Source: Azolla caroliniana
Taxonomy: Eukaryota > Plantae > Polypodiophyta
Assembly: GCA_043228905.1 (NCBI GenBank)
Contig: JBHGNT010000021.1
Location: 11,408,001-11,472,000, forward strand
Direction: 5' to 3'
Length of the DNA: 64,000 nucleotides
Of this stretch, positions 37,663-48,218 are shown one piece after another. Position numbers and translations under genes: made by a program. The stretch's first letter is position 1, and each line of letters starts with the position of its first letter. The notes under the pieces are model-generated. The model was given only the letters and a program-made list of their open reading frames with translations. It did no database searches and was not told where the DNA came from.

Positions 37663-39706
37663 AGCCGGTTTTCTTCGGTATCTACCGGTCTCTGGCGCAT
37701 GCCGGTGGATGCACGGTTTGGTGGGGGTGGATGTCGTGAAGAAAACCGGCCATAGGCGCATGAACCGGCTCTTACATAGGTGGACCTGAGAATTGATATT
37801 CTGGACATAATTCAAAATTAGGTCGGCTGATGTAAATACTAGGTAGTACACATTTATTAGGGGATTGTGCGTATCTCTGTCGAAAGGGACAGGGATTAAA
37901 GCGATTTGACTAAGGAAGAAGGGTCTCCCCTTGGCGAACTATTTAAGGAGGGAGAGAAGGAAGAAAAGGGATCGCGCGTTAGGGAGGATGGAGTGTGGCA
38001 GGACCGAGTGCCGAGCTCTCTCTCCTCCTCTGTTCGTCATTCTCCGTGGGTGCTGGGAGTTCGACGTGTCTCCTTCGTGGGTAGCCCGTGTGCTGCTAGC
38101 AGAGGCTCTCCCTTCTACGCTGCTTTTAGGGGTCTAGTGTGTTCTGTCTGTGTGCGTGAGTAGGATCCCAGTGTCGGGTCCATTGCCGCCTTGCCGGTTG
38201 TAATCGTCATAGTTTGTAATCTCTTGATATTGTAATCGACTGTTACTGTAATTAAGTGTTCCGTTTCTTTCTCTTTCCTTCTCCCTTCTGCGTATCTGCA
38301 AATCTCTTCTCATGTCCTCTTCTCTTCTCTCTCTCTCTCTCTCGCTCCTCGGCTCAAGGCCCCCGTGGTCTCGCCTCTTTCTACACGCACGCGCATAACA
38401 ACGCAACACCGTACATCAGCTCCGTTGGCATGAACCCCATCACTAAACTGTGCGTAGTTCGATCCGCCCATAGTGCGTAAGGAAAGCGCCACGGCCAATT
38501 CCGGACCTCTCCTTCGCATGCACGTACTAACGCCTTCACAATGGGCCCGTGACCACGCTCTACCTTCCCGTTGGCCTCTGGATTGTACGTCGTAATGAGG
38601 GAGAGTTTGACCCCCAGTCGGTCAAACAGCTCTTCAGCCTCTTGCGCGTCTAGTTCTCCGCGGTCGGCCACGATCTTTCCTACGCACCCGTACCAGCACA
38701 CCACTTCTTCGATCAAAAATCGGCACACGGCCGCGGTCGTTTTGTTCTGCAACGCTCGGCCTTCCTCCTAGTTCGTCAGGTCCTCCCAAGCGAGCACCAG
38801 ATATTGCATCTGACCTACCCCCATCGGCATAGTCACTAAATCCACCATCCATTTGAAGTGGACGGTCGGTGGGTAGGTTGGATGAAGCTCGTCTTGATGC
38901 CGGACTGTAGAGTGCATCTGGCAATTCTTACAGGTTGTCACAAAATGATGCACGTCCCGGTACAGCCCCGGCCACCAATACTTACCCTTGAGCTTCTCGA
39001 ATGTGGCCCACGTCCCGCGGTGTCCGGCCCAAGGACTCTCGTGATATGTCGTAAGCAACGCTTTCTGCTTGTCTTCCCTCGCCACTACGCGGAGTGGGGT
39101 GCCGCTACGCTTCTTCGGATGCCTCCATATGCGTCCTCCTCGTAGGAAGAATCGGTACGCCTTCTTCCAGACACGATTGGCCTCTTCTCTAGTGCACGCC
39201 ATGTCCGGCATCATCGTCCACAGCAACCTTCCTATTTGGAGCCACTCCCTGTCGTATTCGCTCTCGTCGAACTCGTTAAGCACCGGAGTGCTCCCCGTCC
39301 CAGTTGCCACGTTAGTTGACCCGAAGAAGTCCTTGCCGACTTCTTCGTTATCGGAAACCATGTCGTCCTCATTGCTGAACCGCGCCCTTGAAAGCATATC
39401 GGCCATGGCATTATCCTTTCCAGAGATGTGTCGTATCTCCGGGTTGAGGGACTTGATGTACGCGATCGACCTGAGCATCGCCAGGTCCGGAGTCGCACAT
39501 CCGGAAACCATACCTAGAATCAGTAGGCAGTCTGTCTCAATGATCACTTCCGTCCCGATCAGATAGTCCTTGTCGGCCTTGACTGCCAAAACAATACCCC
39601 ATAGCTCGCTCTTAATTTGGGCATATCCTCGCTGCCGCTCGCTCAATACCTTTGCCCCGAACCGGATCAGGAACCGTACGCCATCCTCGTCTTCTTGATT
39701 GATCAC

Positions 39707-42700
39707 TGTTGAGAATCGACGCTTCGATTCACCTTCACCACTCGGCCACAACCAAGTAATTGCGAATCAATGCAGCAGAAAATAGGAACCACAGAGAGGA
39801 ACACACGAATACACAGGGATTAACGTGGAAAACCCTAGATGGGAAAAACCACGGGAGTACAAGACTCCAAACCAACACTATACAAAGAGAAGTATACAAT
39901 GGCGAGCTGCAAGGCGACGACCTTGAGCTCGCTGTCCTCGCCACAGGCGGCGGAAATACACAGAGGCGTCGTCCTCTTCCTCTCTCACGCTCTATCTCTC
40001 TCTCTCTCTCTCACGGTTGCTCCCTCTTCACTCCTCTTGAGTGGAAAAACAGAAAAATGATTAGCAACACTAAAACAGTTTGCCCTAAGTCATATTTATA
40101 CATATATGACTTTGGGGCTATTTACAACTATAGCCTCAGGGGCCCATAGCAAACATATTCACAGATATGTCCCTGCATCCGGACCGCTCTCCGGGTACAT
40201 TCGTCATCCGGCTCCGAAGCCGGGGTCTTCATCATCCGGTTCCGAAACCGAAACCGGGCTCGTCGGTATTCATCTCCGACATCCGACCATCCCATCCGAA
40301 GGGACCGTAATCCCAACAAACTCCCCCTTCACTTCGGCATGGGATGTCTTTCCAATCCGATCCTCTTCCGGCATGCTTCCAGCTTGTCGGGTGTGAGCAC
40401 CTTGGTCAGCATATCCGACCCGTTCTCGTCCGTGTGGATCTTTGTCAGCACGAACTCCTTGTCTTCTATCCTTTCCCGGATCCAGTGATATCTTCGCTGG
40501 ATGTGCTTCGTCCGGGAGTGATAGGCCGCGTTCTTCGCAAGGTGGATTGCACTCTGACTGTCGCAGTAGAGTCGGTACTCCTCCTGCCGGATACCGAGCT
40601 CTCTAATGAAGTCCTTCATCCATATTATTTCCTTGCCGGCTTCAACAGCTGCCATGTACTCCGCCTCCGTGGTTGACAACGCAACCGTCTTCTGCAGCCT
40701 CGACTGCCACGAAACGGCTCCCCCTGCATACGTCATCACATACCCTGATGTGGACCGGCTGGTATCTGCATCAGCCGACATATCCGAATCGGTGAAGCCG
40801 TCGAGTTCGGGCTTACCGGAGCCGAATCGGAGGCACACGTTTGCCGTGCCTTTCAGGTATCGGAGTATCCACTTGGCCGCGTTCCAATGCTCTTTGCCGG
40901 GATTGCTCATGTACCGGCTCACCACTCCGACTGCATATCCTATGTCCGGTCTCGTACACACCATGGCGTACATCAAGCTCCCGACGGCTGAGGCATACGG
41001 CACTTTCATCATATCCTCCTTTTCAGCCTTTGTCTTGGGACTTTGCTTGCTGGACAGCTTGCAGTTTGCCGGGAGGGTCGATCCGACCGGTCTTGCTTCC
41101 GACATGTTGAACCGGTGAAGCACCTTCGTCACGTACTTCTCTTGTGACAGCCACAACTGCTTCTTCTTCCGGTCCCGGATGATGTGCATCCCTAATATTT
41201 GCCTCGCCGGACCCAAGTCCTTCATTGAGAAGGTTCGGTGAAGAGCCTTCTTCAGCATCCGTATCTTGACCTGGTCCCGTCCGACGATCAACATGTCGTC
41301 CACGTACAGGAGGAGTATTAGAGAGTCTCCTCCTTCGAACTTCTTCACAAACACGCAGTGGTCGGACTGCGTTTTGAGGTACCCTTCGTCGGTCATGAAG
41401 GAGTCGAACTTCCGGTACCATTGTCGGGGAGCCTGCTTCAGTCCGTAAAGGCTCTTCTTCAACCGGCATACCAGGTGCTCCTTCCCTTTCTTCTCGAATC
41501 CTTCCGGTTGCTGCATGTAGATCTCTTCATCGAGGTCACCGTGAAGGAATGCCGTCTTCACGTCCATCTGTTCTACCTCGAGGTCCATGCTTGCCGCTAT
41601 GCTCAGCACCGTCCGGATGGAGGTCATCTTCACTACCGGGGCAAATATCTCGTCGAAGTCGACGCCCTTCTTCTGCTGAAACCCCTTCACCACGATCCTG
41701 GCTTTGTATCTCGGGGGGTTTCCGGCATCTCCCGGTTTCAGCTTGAACACCCACTTGTTTCGAAGTGCCTGCTTTCCTTTCGGCAACTCCACAAGTTCAT
41801 ATGTGTGGTTCTCATGCAGGGAATCCATCTCGTCCTGCATGGCACTCAACCACCTGCGGCTCTGGGTGTCATGTTTTGCTTCTTCAAAGCTCTCCGGCTC
41901 CCCCTCGTCGGTTAGCAGCACGTGCTCTGGTTCCGGAAATCTCCGGGGGGGCCTTCTCTCTCTTAGAGGATATCTCCGTTCCGGAGCTTCGGTAACCGGT
42001 TCTTCCGATTCTTCTTCATCCGAATCCATTTCGGGATCGGGGCCGGTTCCGGTATCATTTTCATCTTCTTCGGCCGGTTCAGTTTCTTCACCGTCTTCGG
42101 CCGGATCCTCGAGTGCTAACCGATCCCTTGCCGGTCGGGACTGCTCCTCGTAGAGTTGATCCTCACCGGTCGACTTGGAGCTCTTCATCTTCTTCTCCGA
42201 TTTCCAGTCGGCGAGTGTCTTGTCCTCCATGAAGATGATGTCTCGACTCCTGCATATCTTCTTGTCGACCGGGTCCCATACTCGGTAGCCGAACTCGTCG
42301 TCTCCGTAACCGAGGAATATGCATGGCCGGGTCTTTGGATCTAGCTTTCCTCTCCGGTCCTTTGCCACATGCACGTATGCGAGACACCCGAACACCTTTA
42401 GATGCCGGTAGGACACTTCCTTACCGGTCCACACTTTCTGCGGCGTGTCTCCGTCCAAAGGTACTGAGGGTGATCTGTTTATCACGTATGTCGCCGTCGA
42501 CATTGCCTCAGCCCAAAACCCCTTGGGTAATTTCGCATGCGCCAGCATACTCCGGACCCTCTCCATTATGGTCCGGTTCATCCTCTCGGCCAGCCCGTTT
42601 AGTTCCGGCGTCTTCGGCACAGTAAACTCGAGCCGGATTCCCTTCAAGCGACAGTACTCCTGGAACTGCCCCCGGTATTCCCCTCCGTTATCCGCTCGTA

Positions 42701-45044
42701 TCGCTTTCAGCTTCTTGCCGGATTCCCTTTCCACTCTCGCGTGGAGTTCTTTGAAGACGCACAACACTTGGTCCTTTGTCTTCAGCGGTGCCGTCCACAG
42801 CTTCCGGCTGTGATCATCAATGAATGTTACGAAGTACTGGGCTCCGCCATGTGACTTTGTTTCTACCTGACACACATCAGTGTGCACCAACTCCAATGGT
42901 GCGCTACGTCTCGTCGGTGGCCTTGAGTGGAAGGAGGTTCGGTTCTGCTTACCGGCCAGGCAATCGGTGCACTTCTCCAGGTGCACATGCTTCACTGGAA
43001 TAAGGTTGTCTTCTGCAAGCCTCTTCATCCCCTTCTCACTCATGTGACACAGTCTTTTGTGCCACAGCTCACCGGCGGTGTCGGTTGCCACATTCAGCTC
43101 TTCAGGACATAACCGGGCATTCATCAGGTACAGTGTGTTGTCTTTCCGGGCCCGAGCCACTATCAGGGTCCCCTTGCTGAACTTCATTACGCCGTTCCGG
43201 ATGCTACCTGTGTAGCCTTCATCGTCTAGCCTCCCGGCCGAAATCAAGTTCAATCGAACCTCCGGAACATGTCGGACATCCTTCAGCAGCATTTTGCATC
43301 CGGTCGGGGTTGTCAACCACACGTCTCCTATGCCGGCAATCCGGCACGTACCTTCATTTCCCATCCGAACACAGCCATGCTCACCGGCTGTGTAGGATGA
43401 GAAGTATCTTCTCTCCGGGGTCAGGTGGAACGATGCTCCGGAATCGACCACCCAGGTCGTCTCATCGCCGGCAATGTTTAGTTCACCTTCTTCGGTGATG
43501 AGCATGATTTCTTCCTCACTTGCCGCGAGTGCCGTTGTTCCTTTCCGGTCCTGCCCTCGCCGATCCGAACCTCTCCGGTCCGTGGCTCCCCGGTATGCAC
43601 CGTTTCTCTCCGGTGACTTCTTCGAATCGGTGTCGTCGGCTCCGTTGTCTTTTCGGTAATGCCGACAATTCTTTCGGAAGTGCCCCGGCTTCCCACAGTG
43701 GAAGCATGTGGGCCTTCCTCTTGACTGCGACCGGGCCCCCGACTTCTCCCGTCTTTGCGGACTCCGGTTCCATTGTCTTCCCCGATCCGATTCGGTAAGC
43801 AGCGCCTTCGAGTCGGAGGCCGGTTCTTTATCTTTCCGACGCGCTTCTTCGTTCAAAATACTTGTCTTTACCGTTTGTAAGGACAAGTTATCTTCGGTGC
43901 AGGAGGTGCTGAGAGTCACCACCAAGTTCTCCCAGCTTTCCGGCAATGTACACATCAGGATGATGGCTTGCATTGCATCCTCCAACGGGAACTTGATCGC
44001 CGCAAGCTGATTCACGAATCCCATGAACGTGCTTACGTGTTCCACCATACTCTCGCCGTCCCGGTACTTGAGATTCACTATCTTCCTCATCAAGGAGGTC
44101 CGGTTCAACGCATTCTTCCTCTCATAGAGGCCCGACAGCTTCCGCCACATCTCATATGCGTTGGTGTCGTTCGCCACATGTTGTAGAACGCTCACGTCGA
44201 CGTATTGCCGAATGGTTGCAACGGCTTTCCGGTTCAGAAGCCTCCATTCCGACTCAAGTACCCCCTTCGGTATTTCCGACCTGTCAATCGGTTCGTACAG
44301 GTCCCGAACAATCAGAAGATCCTCCATCTTGATCTTCCAGTCGGCGTAATTCTACGCATTCAGCACCATCATCCCCGGCTGCCCGCTGCCGCCGCCTTCC
44401 ATTTTCTGCAGAACCTCGCTCTGATACCAGTTTGTTGAGAATCGACGCTTCGATTCACCTTCACCACTCGGCCACAACCAAGTAATTGCGAATCAATGCA
44501 GCAGAAAATAGGAACCACAGAGAGGAACACACGAATACACAGGGATTAACGTGGAAAACCCTAGATGGGAAAAACCACGGGAGTACAAGACTCCAAACCA
44601 ACACTATACAAAGAGAAGTATACAATGGCGAGCTGCAAGGCGACGACCTTGAGCTCGCTGTCCTCGCCACAGGCGGCGGAAATACACAGAGGCGTCGTCC
44701 TCTTCCTCTCTCACGCTCTATCTCTCTCTCTCTCTCTCACGGCTGCTCCCTCTTCACTCCTCTTGAGTGGAAAAACAGAAAAATGATTAGCAACACTAAA
44801 ACAGTTTGCCCTAAGTCATATTTATACATATATGACTTTGGGGCTATTTACAACTATAGCCTCAGGGGCCCATAGCAAACATATTCACGGATATGTCCCT
44901 GCATCCGGACCGCTCTCCGGGTACATTCGTCATCCGGCTCCGAAGCCGGGGTCTTCATCATCCGGTTCCGAAACCGAAACCGGGCTCGTCGGTATTCATC
45001 TCCGACATCCGACCATCCCATCCGAAGGGACCGTAATCCCAACA
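39707..45044 (-). mobile_element. Very young full-length Tnt1/Tork-like Ty1/copia (element E)
   Basis: 612-bp LTRs 39707-40318 and 44433-45044 with 2 differences seen; TSD ATCAC; PBS TGGTATCAGAGC at 44418-44429; PPT GAAGGGGGAG at 40321-40330. Confidence 0.98.
40329..44327 (-). CDS. gag-pol: Copia gag-pol polyprotein (1332 aa open; probable original start at 44402 cut off by one TAG at 44352-44354)
   Basis: CFHCGKPGHFRKNC, WVVDSGAS, LWHKRLCH...CTDC, TDVC/ADNGGEY/AER, YVDD and FTDSD motifs in copia order. Confidence 0.95.
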   Translation of the reverse strand: MEDLLIVRDLYEPIDRSEIPKGVLESEWRLLNRKAVATIRQYVDVSVLQHVANDTNAYEMWRKLSGLYERKNALNRTSLMRKIVNLKYRDGESMVEHVSTFMGFVNQLAAIKFPLEDAMQAIILMCTLPESWENLVVTLSTSCTEDNLSLQTVKTSILNEEARRKDKEPASDSKALLTESDRGRQWNRSPQRREKSGARSQSRGRPTCFHCGKPGHFRKNCRHYRKDNGADDTDSKKSPERNGAYRGATDRRGSDRRGQDRKGTTALAASEEEIMLITEEGELNIAGDETTWVVDSGASFHLTPERRYFSSYTAGEHGCVRMGNEGTCRIAGIGDVWLTTPTGCKMLLKDVRHVPEVRLNLISAGRLDDEGYTGSIRNGVMKFSKGTLIVARARKDNTLYLMNARLCPEELNVATDTAGELWHKRLCHMSEKGMKRLAEDNLIPVKHVHLEKCTDCLAGKQNRTSFHSRPPTRRSAPLELVHTDVCQVETKSHGGAQYFVTFIDDHSRKLWTAPLKTKDQVLCVFKELHARVERESGKKLKAIRADNGGEYRGQFQEYCRLKGIRLEFTVPKTPELNGLAERMNRTIMERVRSMLAHAKLPKGFWAEAMSTATYVINRSPSVPLDGDTPQKVWTGKEVSYRHLKVFGCLAYVHVAKDRRGKLDPKTRPCIFLGYGDDEFGYRVWDPVDKKICRSRDIIFMEDKTLADWKSEKKMKSSKSTGEDQLYEEQSRPARDRLALEDPAEDGEETEPAEEDENDTGTGPDPEMDSDEEESEEPVTEAPERRYPLRERRPPRRFPEPEHVLLTDEGEPESFEEAKHDTQSRRWLSAMQDEMDSLHENHTYELVELPKGKQALRNKWVFKLKPGDAGNPPRYKARIVVKGFQQKKGVDFDEIFAPVVKMTSIRTVLSIAASMDLEVEQMDVKTAFLHGDLDEEIYMQQPEGFEKKGKEHLVCRLKKSLYGLKQAPRQWYRKFDSFMTDEGYLKTQSDHCVFVKKFEGGDSLILLLYVDDMLIVGRDQVKIRMLKKALHRTFSMKDLGPARQILGMHIIRDRKKKQLWLSQEKYVTKVLHRFNMSEARPVGSTLPANCKLSSKQSPKTKAEKEDMMKVPYASAVGSLMYAMVCTRPDIGYAVGVVSRYMSNPGKEHWNAAKWILRYLKGTANVCLRFGSGKPELDGFTDSDMSADADTSRSTSGYVMTYAGGAVSWQSRLQKTVALSTTEAEYMAAVEAGKEIIWMKDFIRELGIRQEEYRLYCDSQSAIHLAKNAAYHSRTKHIQRRYHWIRERIEDKEFVLTKIHTDENGSDMLTKVLTPDKLEACRKRIGLERHPMPK

Positions 45045-46613
45045 ATCACCCACCCGATCACAGTCAGGCACGTGTCCACCGTCACGTAAATGGGGACTTC
45101 CTTGTCATAAACCGCTTTCCGAAGAGCCGGTGCTGCGACAAGCGTCTCCTTCAGTCTCCGGACCGACTCTGTGTGCTCCGTCCACCATTCGAACCGGTGC
45201 CCTTTCTTTAATAACCCGTAAAGCAGTTCTGCGACATGCGCGTAGTGCGGAATCCAGATGTGATAGAATGCACATGCCCCCAAGATCCTTCGGACCTCCG
45301 TGACCAACCTGCAATCATCCTTCATCGCGGAGATGGCTTCTACCTTCGCTCGGGACAGCTTCCGGCCGTAAGGACCGCACAGGTGTCCGACTACCAGAAT
45401 CTCCAGTTGTCCGAAGGCTGATTTTTCTCCAGAGAAGGTGAGTCGCGTGCTCTCGAGTCTTTGTAGCACCTTCTTGCAATCGTGGATATGATCCGTCATG
45501 AACCTCCGGCAACCGTCGGGCCCGACCGACTCATCGTTGTCCTCCACCGGACATTCTTTGATTGGGATGTTGTCCAGAAATGGCATGGTGATCTCTGGGA
45601 TGCAGTCCCTCAACACCGTGTTCATCGCATTCACCATGTGCGCCACTGAGTTCGTTCCCCCTTGTGGTAGGGTACACATCCGAACTAGGCCGAGAGGAGT
45701 CCGCATCGTCGTGACATCCCTGCTCTCTATGGCTAGTTGGAACTGATCATACCCTGAGTACAGATTCCCGACCGAGTAGATCAACCTCCCTGCGAAGGCC
45801 TCCGCGAACTCATCAATGGTCGGTCCGATACCTGCGTTTCGAATGGTCACCTTGTTGACCGGCTGTAGGTCCTGTATGAAGCGCAGTGTGTCGTTCTTCT
45901 TTAGCACGATAAACCACCGAATCGAATATGGGGCACTTGACGGTTCGAGGATGCCCATCTCCATCTTCTGTTCCAGCAACTCCATCAGCTCCGGAGTGTG
46001 AGCTCTAGGCACCGGAATCGGTTTGAGATTCCACGGTACGTGCGGTACCGTGAAGATCACCATCGTTTCTACGATCGTCGAGTCTACACACCCAATCTCC
46101 TCCGACGAGAATGCGAAGGCTTTCCCGTGCCTTCCGAGCATTCTCCGAAACCGGTCCTCCTCCGCCGATAGTAGAAACCCACCCCCACCAACCTTGAGCT
46201 CCCATAGCGTTATGTTAGTGAACCGGTGTCCTATGTTGGCCGGATTCCGTAAACTTGGGTCCGACGCAACCCCCCTTATACGCTTCTCGCTGCCCTCCGG
46301 CAAGGGTGCCGCGATGGGCCTCACCTTCCAGTCCACAGTCTTGTACTTCGCACTTACGCAGGCCGTCCGATACGGCCTGATCCGTTCCCCAAAGTCCACG
46401 ATAAATTCGTACATTTCCACTGAGCTGACCGGAATCATCCGGTCTCTGCATTGACTACACCGCCTCCACAGCGCCCCTAATTTCTTCATTGGGGTGGAGA
46501 GCCCCGCATGACCTGAGCCACTCCTCCACCTTCTTCTTCTCCCTACTACTGATGCCAGTTAATGTACAACCTCTGTTGTCGGAGAGCCAAAATTTCCTAC
46601 CTATGGTACAGGT

Positions 46614-46679
46614 GTGGGGTTCCTCCGGTGTGTCCGGACTATCACGGCCCCACGCCTTGATAGCCCTCTTTAAAAATCC
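46614..46679 (-). promoter_or_regulatory. Second copy of the predicted -1 frameshift signal (element G)
   Basis: G GAT TTT TAA AGA GGGCTATC...GTGGGG...GATAGTCC...CCCCAC. Confidence 0.72.
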
Positions 46680-47397
46680 CCTCGGCTGTCACTGCCGAGA
46701 GTCTCGCGGTTATGCTCATGATTCGGTCTCACGGTCAGAAATTGGACGGAGTGTCGTCCGTCTTGACTCTTCACGCGTGCGTATGCCGAGCCATTGTTGA
46801 GCACCTTTGTCTCCATGTGTGCTACCATGATGTACGATTCGTCGAGTATCACTGGGTGTGAGGACTTTTCTACGAAGCCAGACTTTTCTTCGACTAGGTC
46901 ATCCCACCCGGTGACTTCTCAGATCCGCTGCTCCGCGTGGTCTGCTTCTTCCTTCTTCAACCGGACTCCGGAGAGGCCGTCCAGCACCAGTGGCCAGAGC
47001 CCGGAGTGGCTTGCCTTTTGTCCTTTGTTGCCCCCAACCCGGATTCCTGCCGATGCCGCATAATTCACGGCCTCAGTGTGTCGCGCGGCGGCCTCTTCCA
47101 TCAGACTCTTCATTCCACCATGCCCGATATTCACTTCCAGGGCTCTCCGAGTCCCATTAGAGTGCACCCGGCCACCCCAAAGGTACACCGTGTTAGTTCT
47201 AAGCGCATCTACGAAATCCGCGCAGTCTCTGCGGGCATGGCCGAATGCGTCGCACCATATGCATCGCTGCCTTGCCGGTGGCCTTCGGTCGCGAGACTAG
47301 TCACCGTTGTCCTGTCGTGCCTACGCGATCTGGAGGTCCCGCACCATTTGTGTCAATTCTTCCAATGCCGCCCCTCCGGAGGGACCTTTGACCACGC

Positions 47398-48218
47398 TAT
47401 CGCGTTGTTACGCGCGTGCGTGTAGAAGGGCGGGACCACGAGGGTCTCAGACGAGGGAAGGAGGGAAGCCGAGAAGATGATTCCGGACACGTCTCGAAAA
47501 GCAACCGAACGAGAGAGAGAGAGATTGAGGGAGCGTGCGCTTGACACCGACTCACACGCACGCACATGCACCACACCGACCCAACTCACGCGCTTATGTA
47601 CCGGAAACGCAGGGAAGGGAAAGCACCCGACACCAACAGAGACATGAATATGCACAGACAGACGCAAATGTATATATTACAAGGGAAGGAATACATCCTC
47701 AGCTTTGAGCCGGACCAAGGTAGGTTACAGTAGCGGTGTGCTGCCAAGCCGCCGATCGGGGAGCTCACGGGCTTGTCGCGCCGAGCAGGGTCTTGCGCAG
47801 GAGACCGGTCAAAAGTAAACCTACAATAGGGAGAGATACAACCCCAGTCACGAGCCGGGTACGCTCAGGAGAAGAGGAGTCAACCTAACAGCTTTCCCGC
47901 CATAGCTGCCGCCCGAGTACTCGAGAAGGAGAAAAGAAGAAGAGAGAAAATAGAAGAAGAGACTAACCCTAAACTAACGGTATACCCTCTAATACAAAAT
48001 GGTCAACCCCCTCGAAGAGGGGCGCTCCCTTCCTTCTATAGAACAAGGAGATGGATGCGTTACAATGTGGGATAAATCCCGACTTAACTATTGTTCGGCG
48101 CCATAAAGGCGCCCTCGTCATTCACACTAAATGTACAAGGGGTGAGCGCACATGCTGCACCCCACCGATGTGGCCAACATTTCCCGGTTTCCGCCTCTGG
48201 CCAAAATTCTTCACGACA
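47398..48218 (-). mobile_element. Gypsy solo LTR (821 bp), 4-bp TSD ACGC
   Basis: Reverse complement of the 26391-27190 LTR family; ACGC on both flanks; host gag is continuous across it. Confidence 0.9.

Larger units (their letters stand above)
28768..38408 (+). mobile_element. Full-length degenerate tRNA-Trp-primed gypsy (element H), 4-bp TSD CCGT
   Basis: 5' LTR split into 28768-~28839 and 31435-32083; 3' LTR 37732-38408; PBS TGGTGAACCCGACGTGA at 32088-32104; G-rich PPT at 37720-37731. Confidence 0.93.

Noticed and set aside
39735-45089. Duplicated small ORFs at 39735-40149 and 44461-44875, and antisense ORFs over pol
   Set aside because: By-products of LTR duplication and GC-rich codon usage; no independent coding signal.
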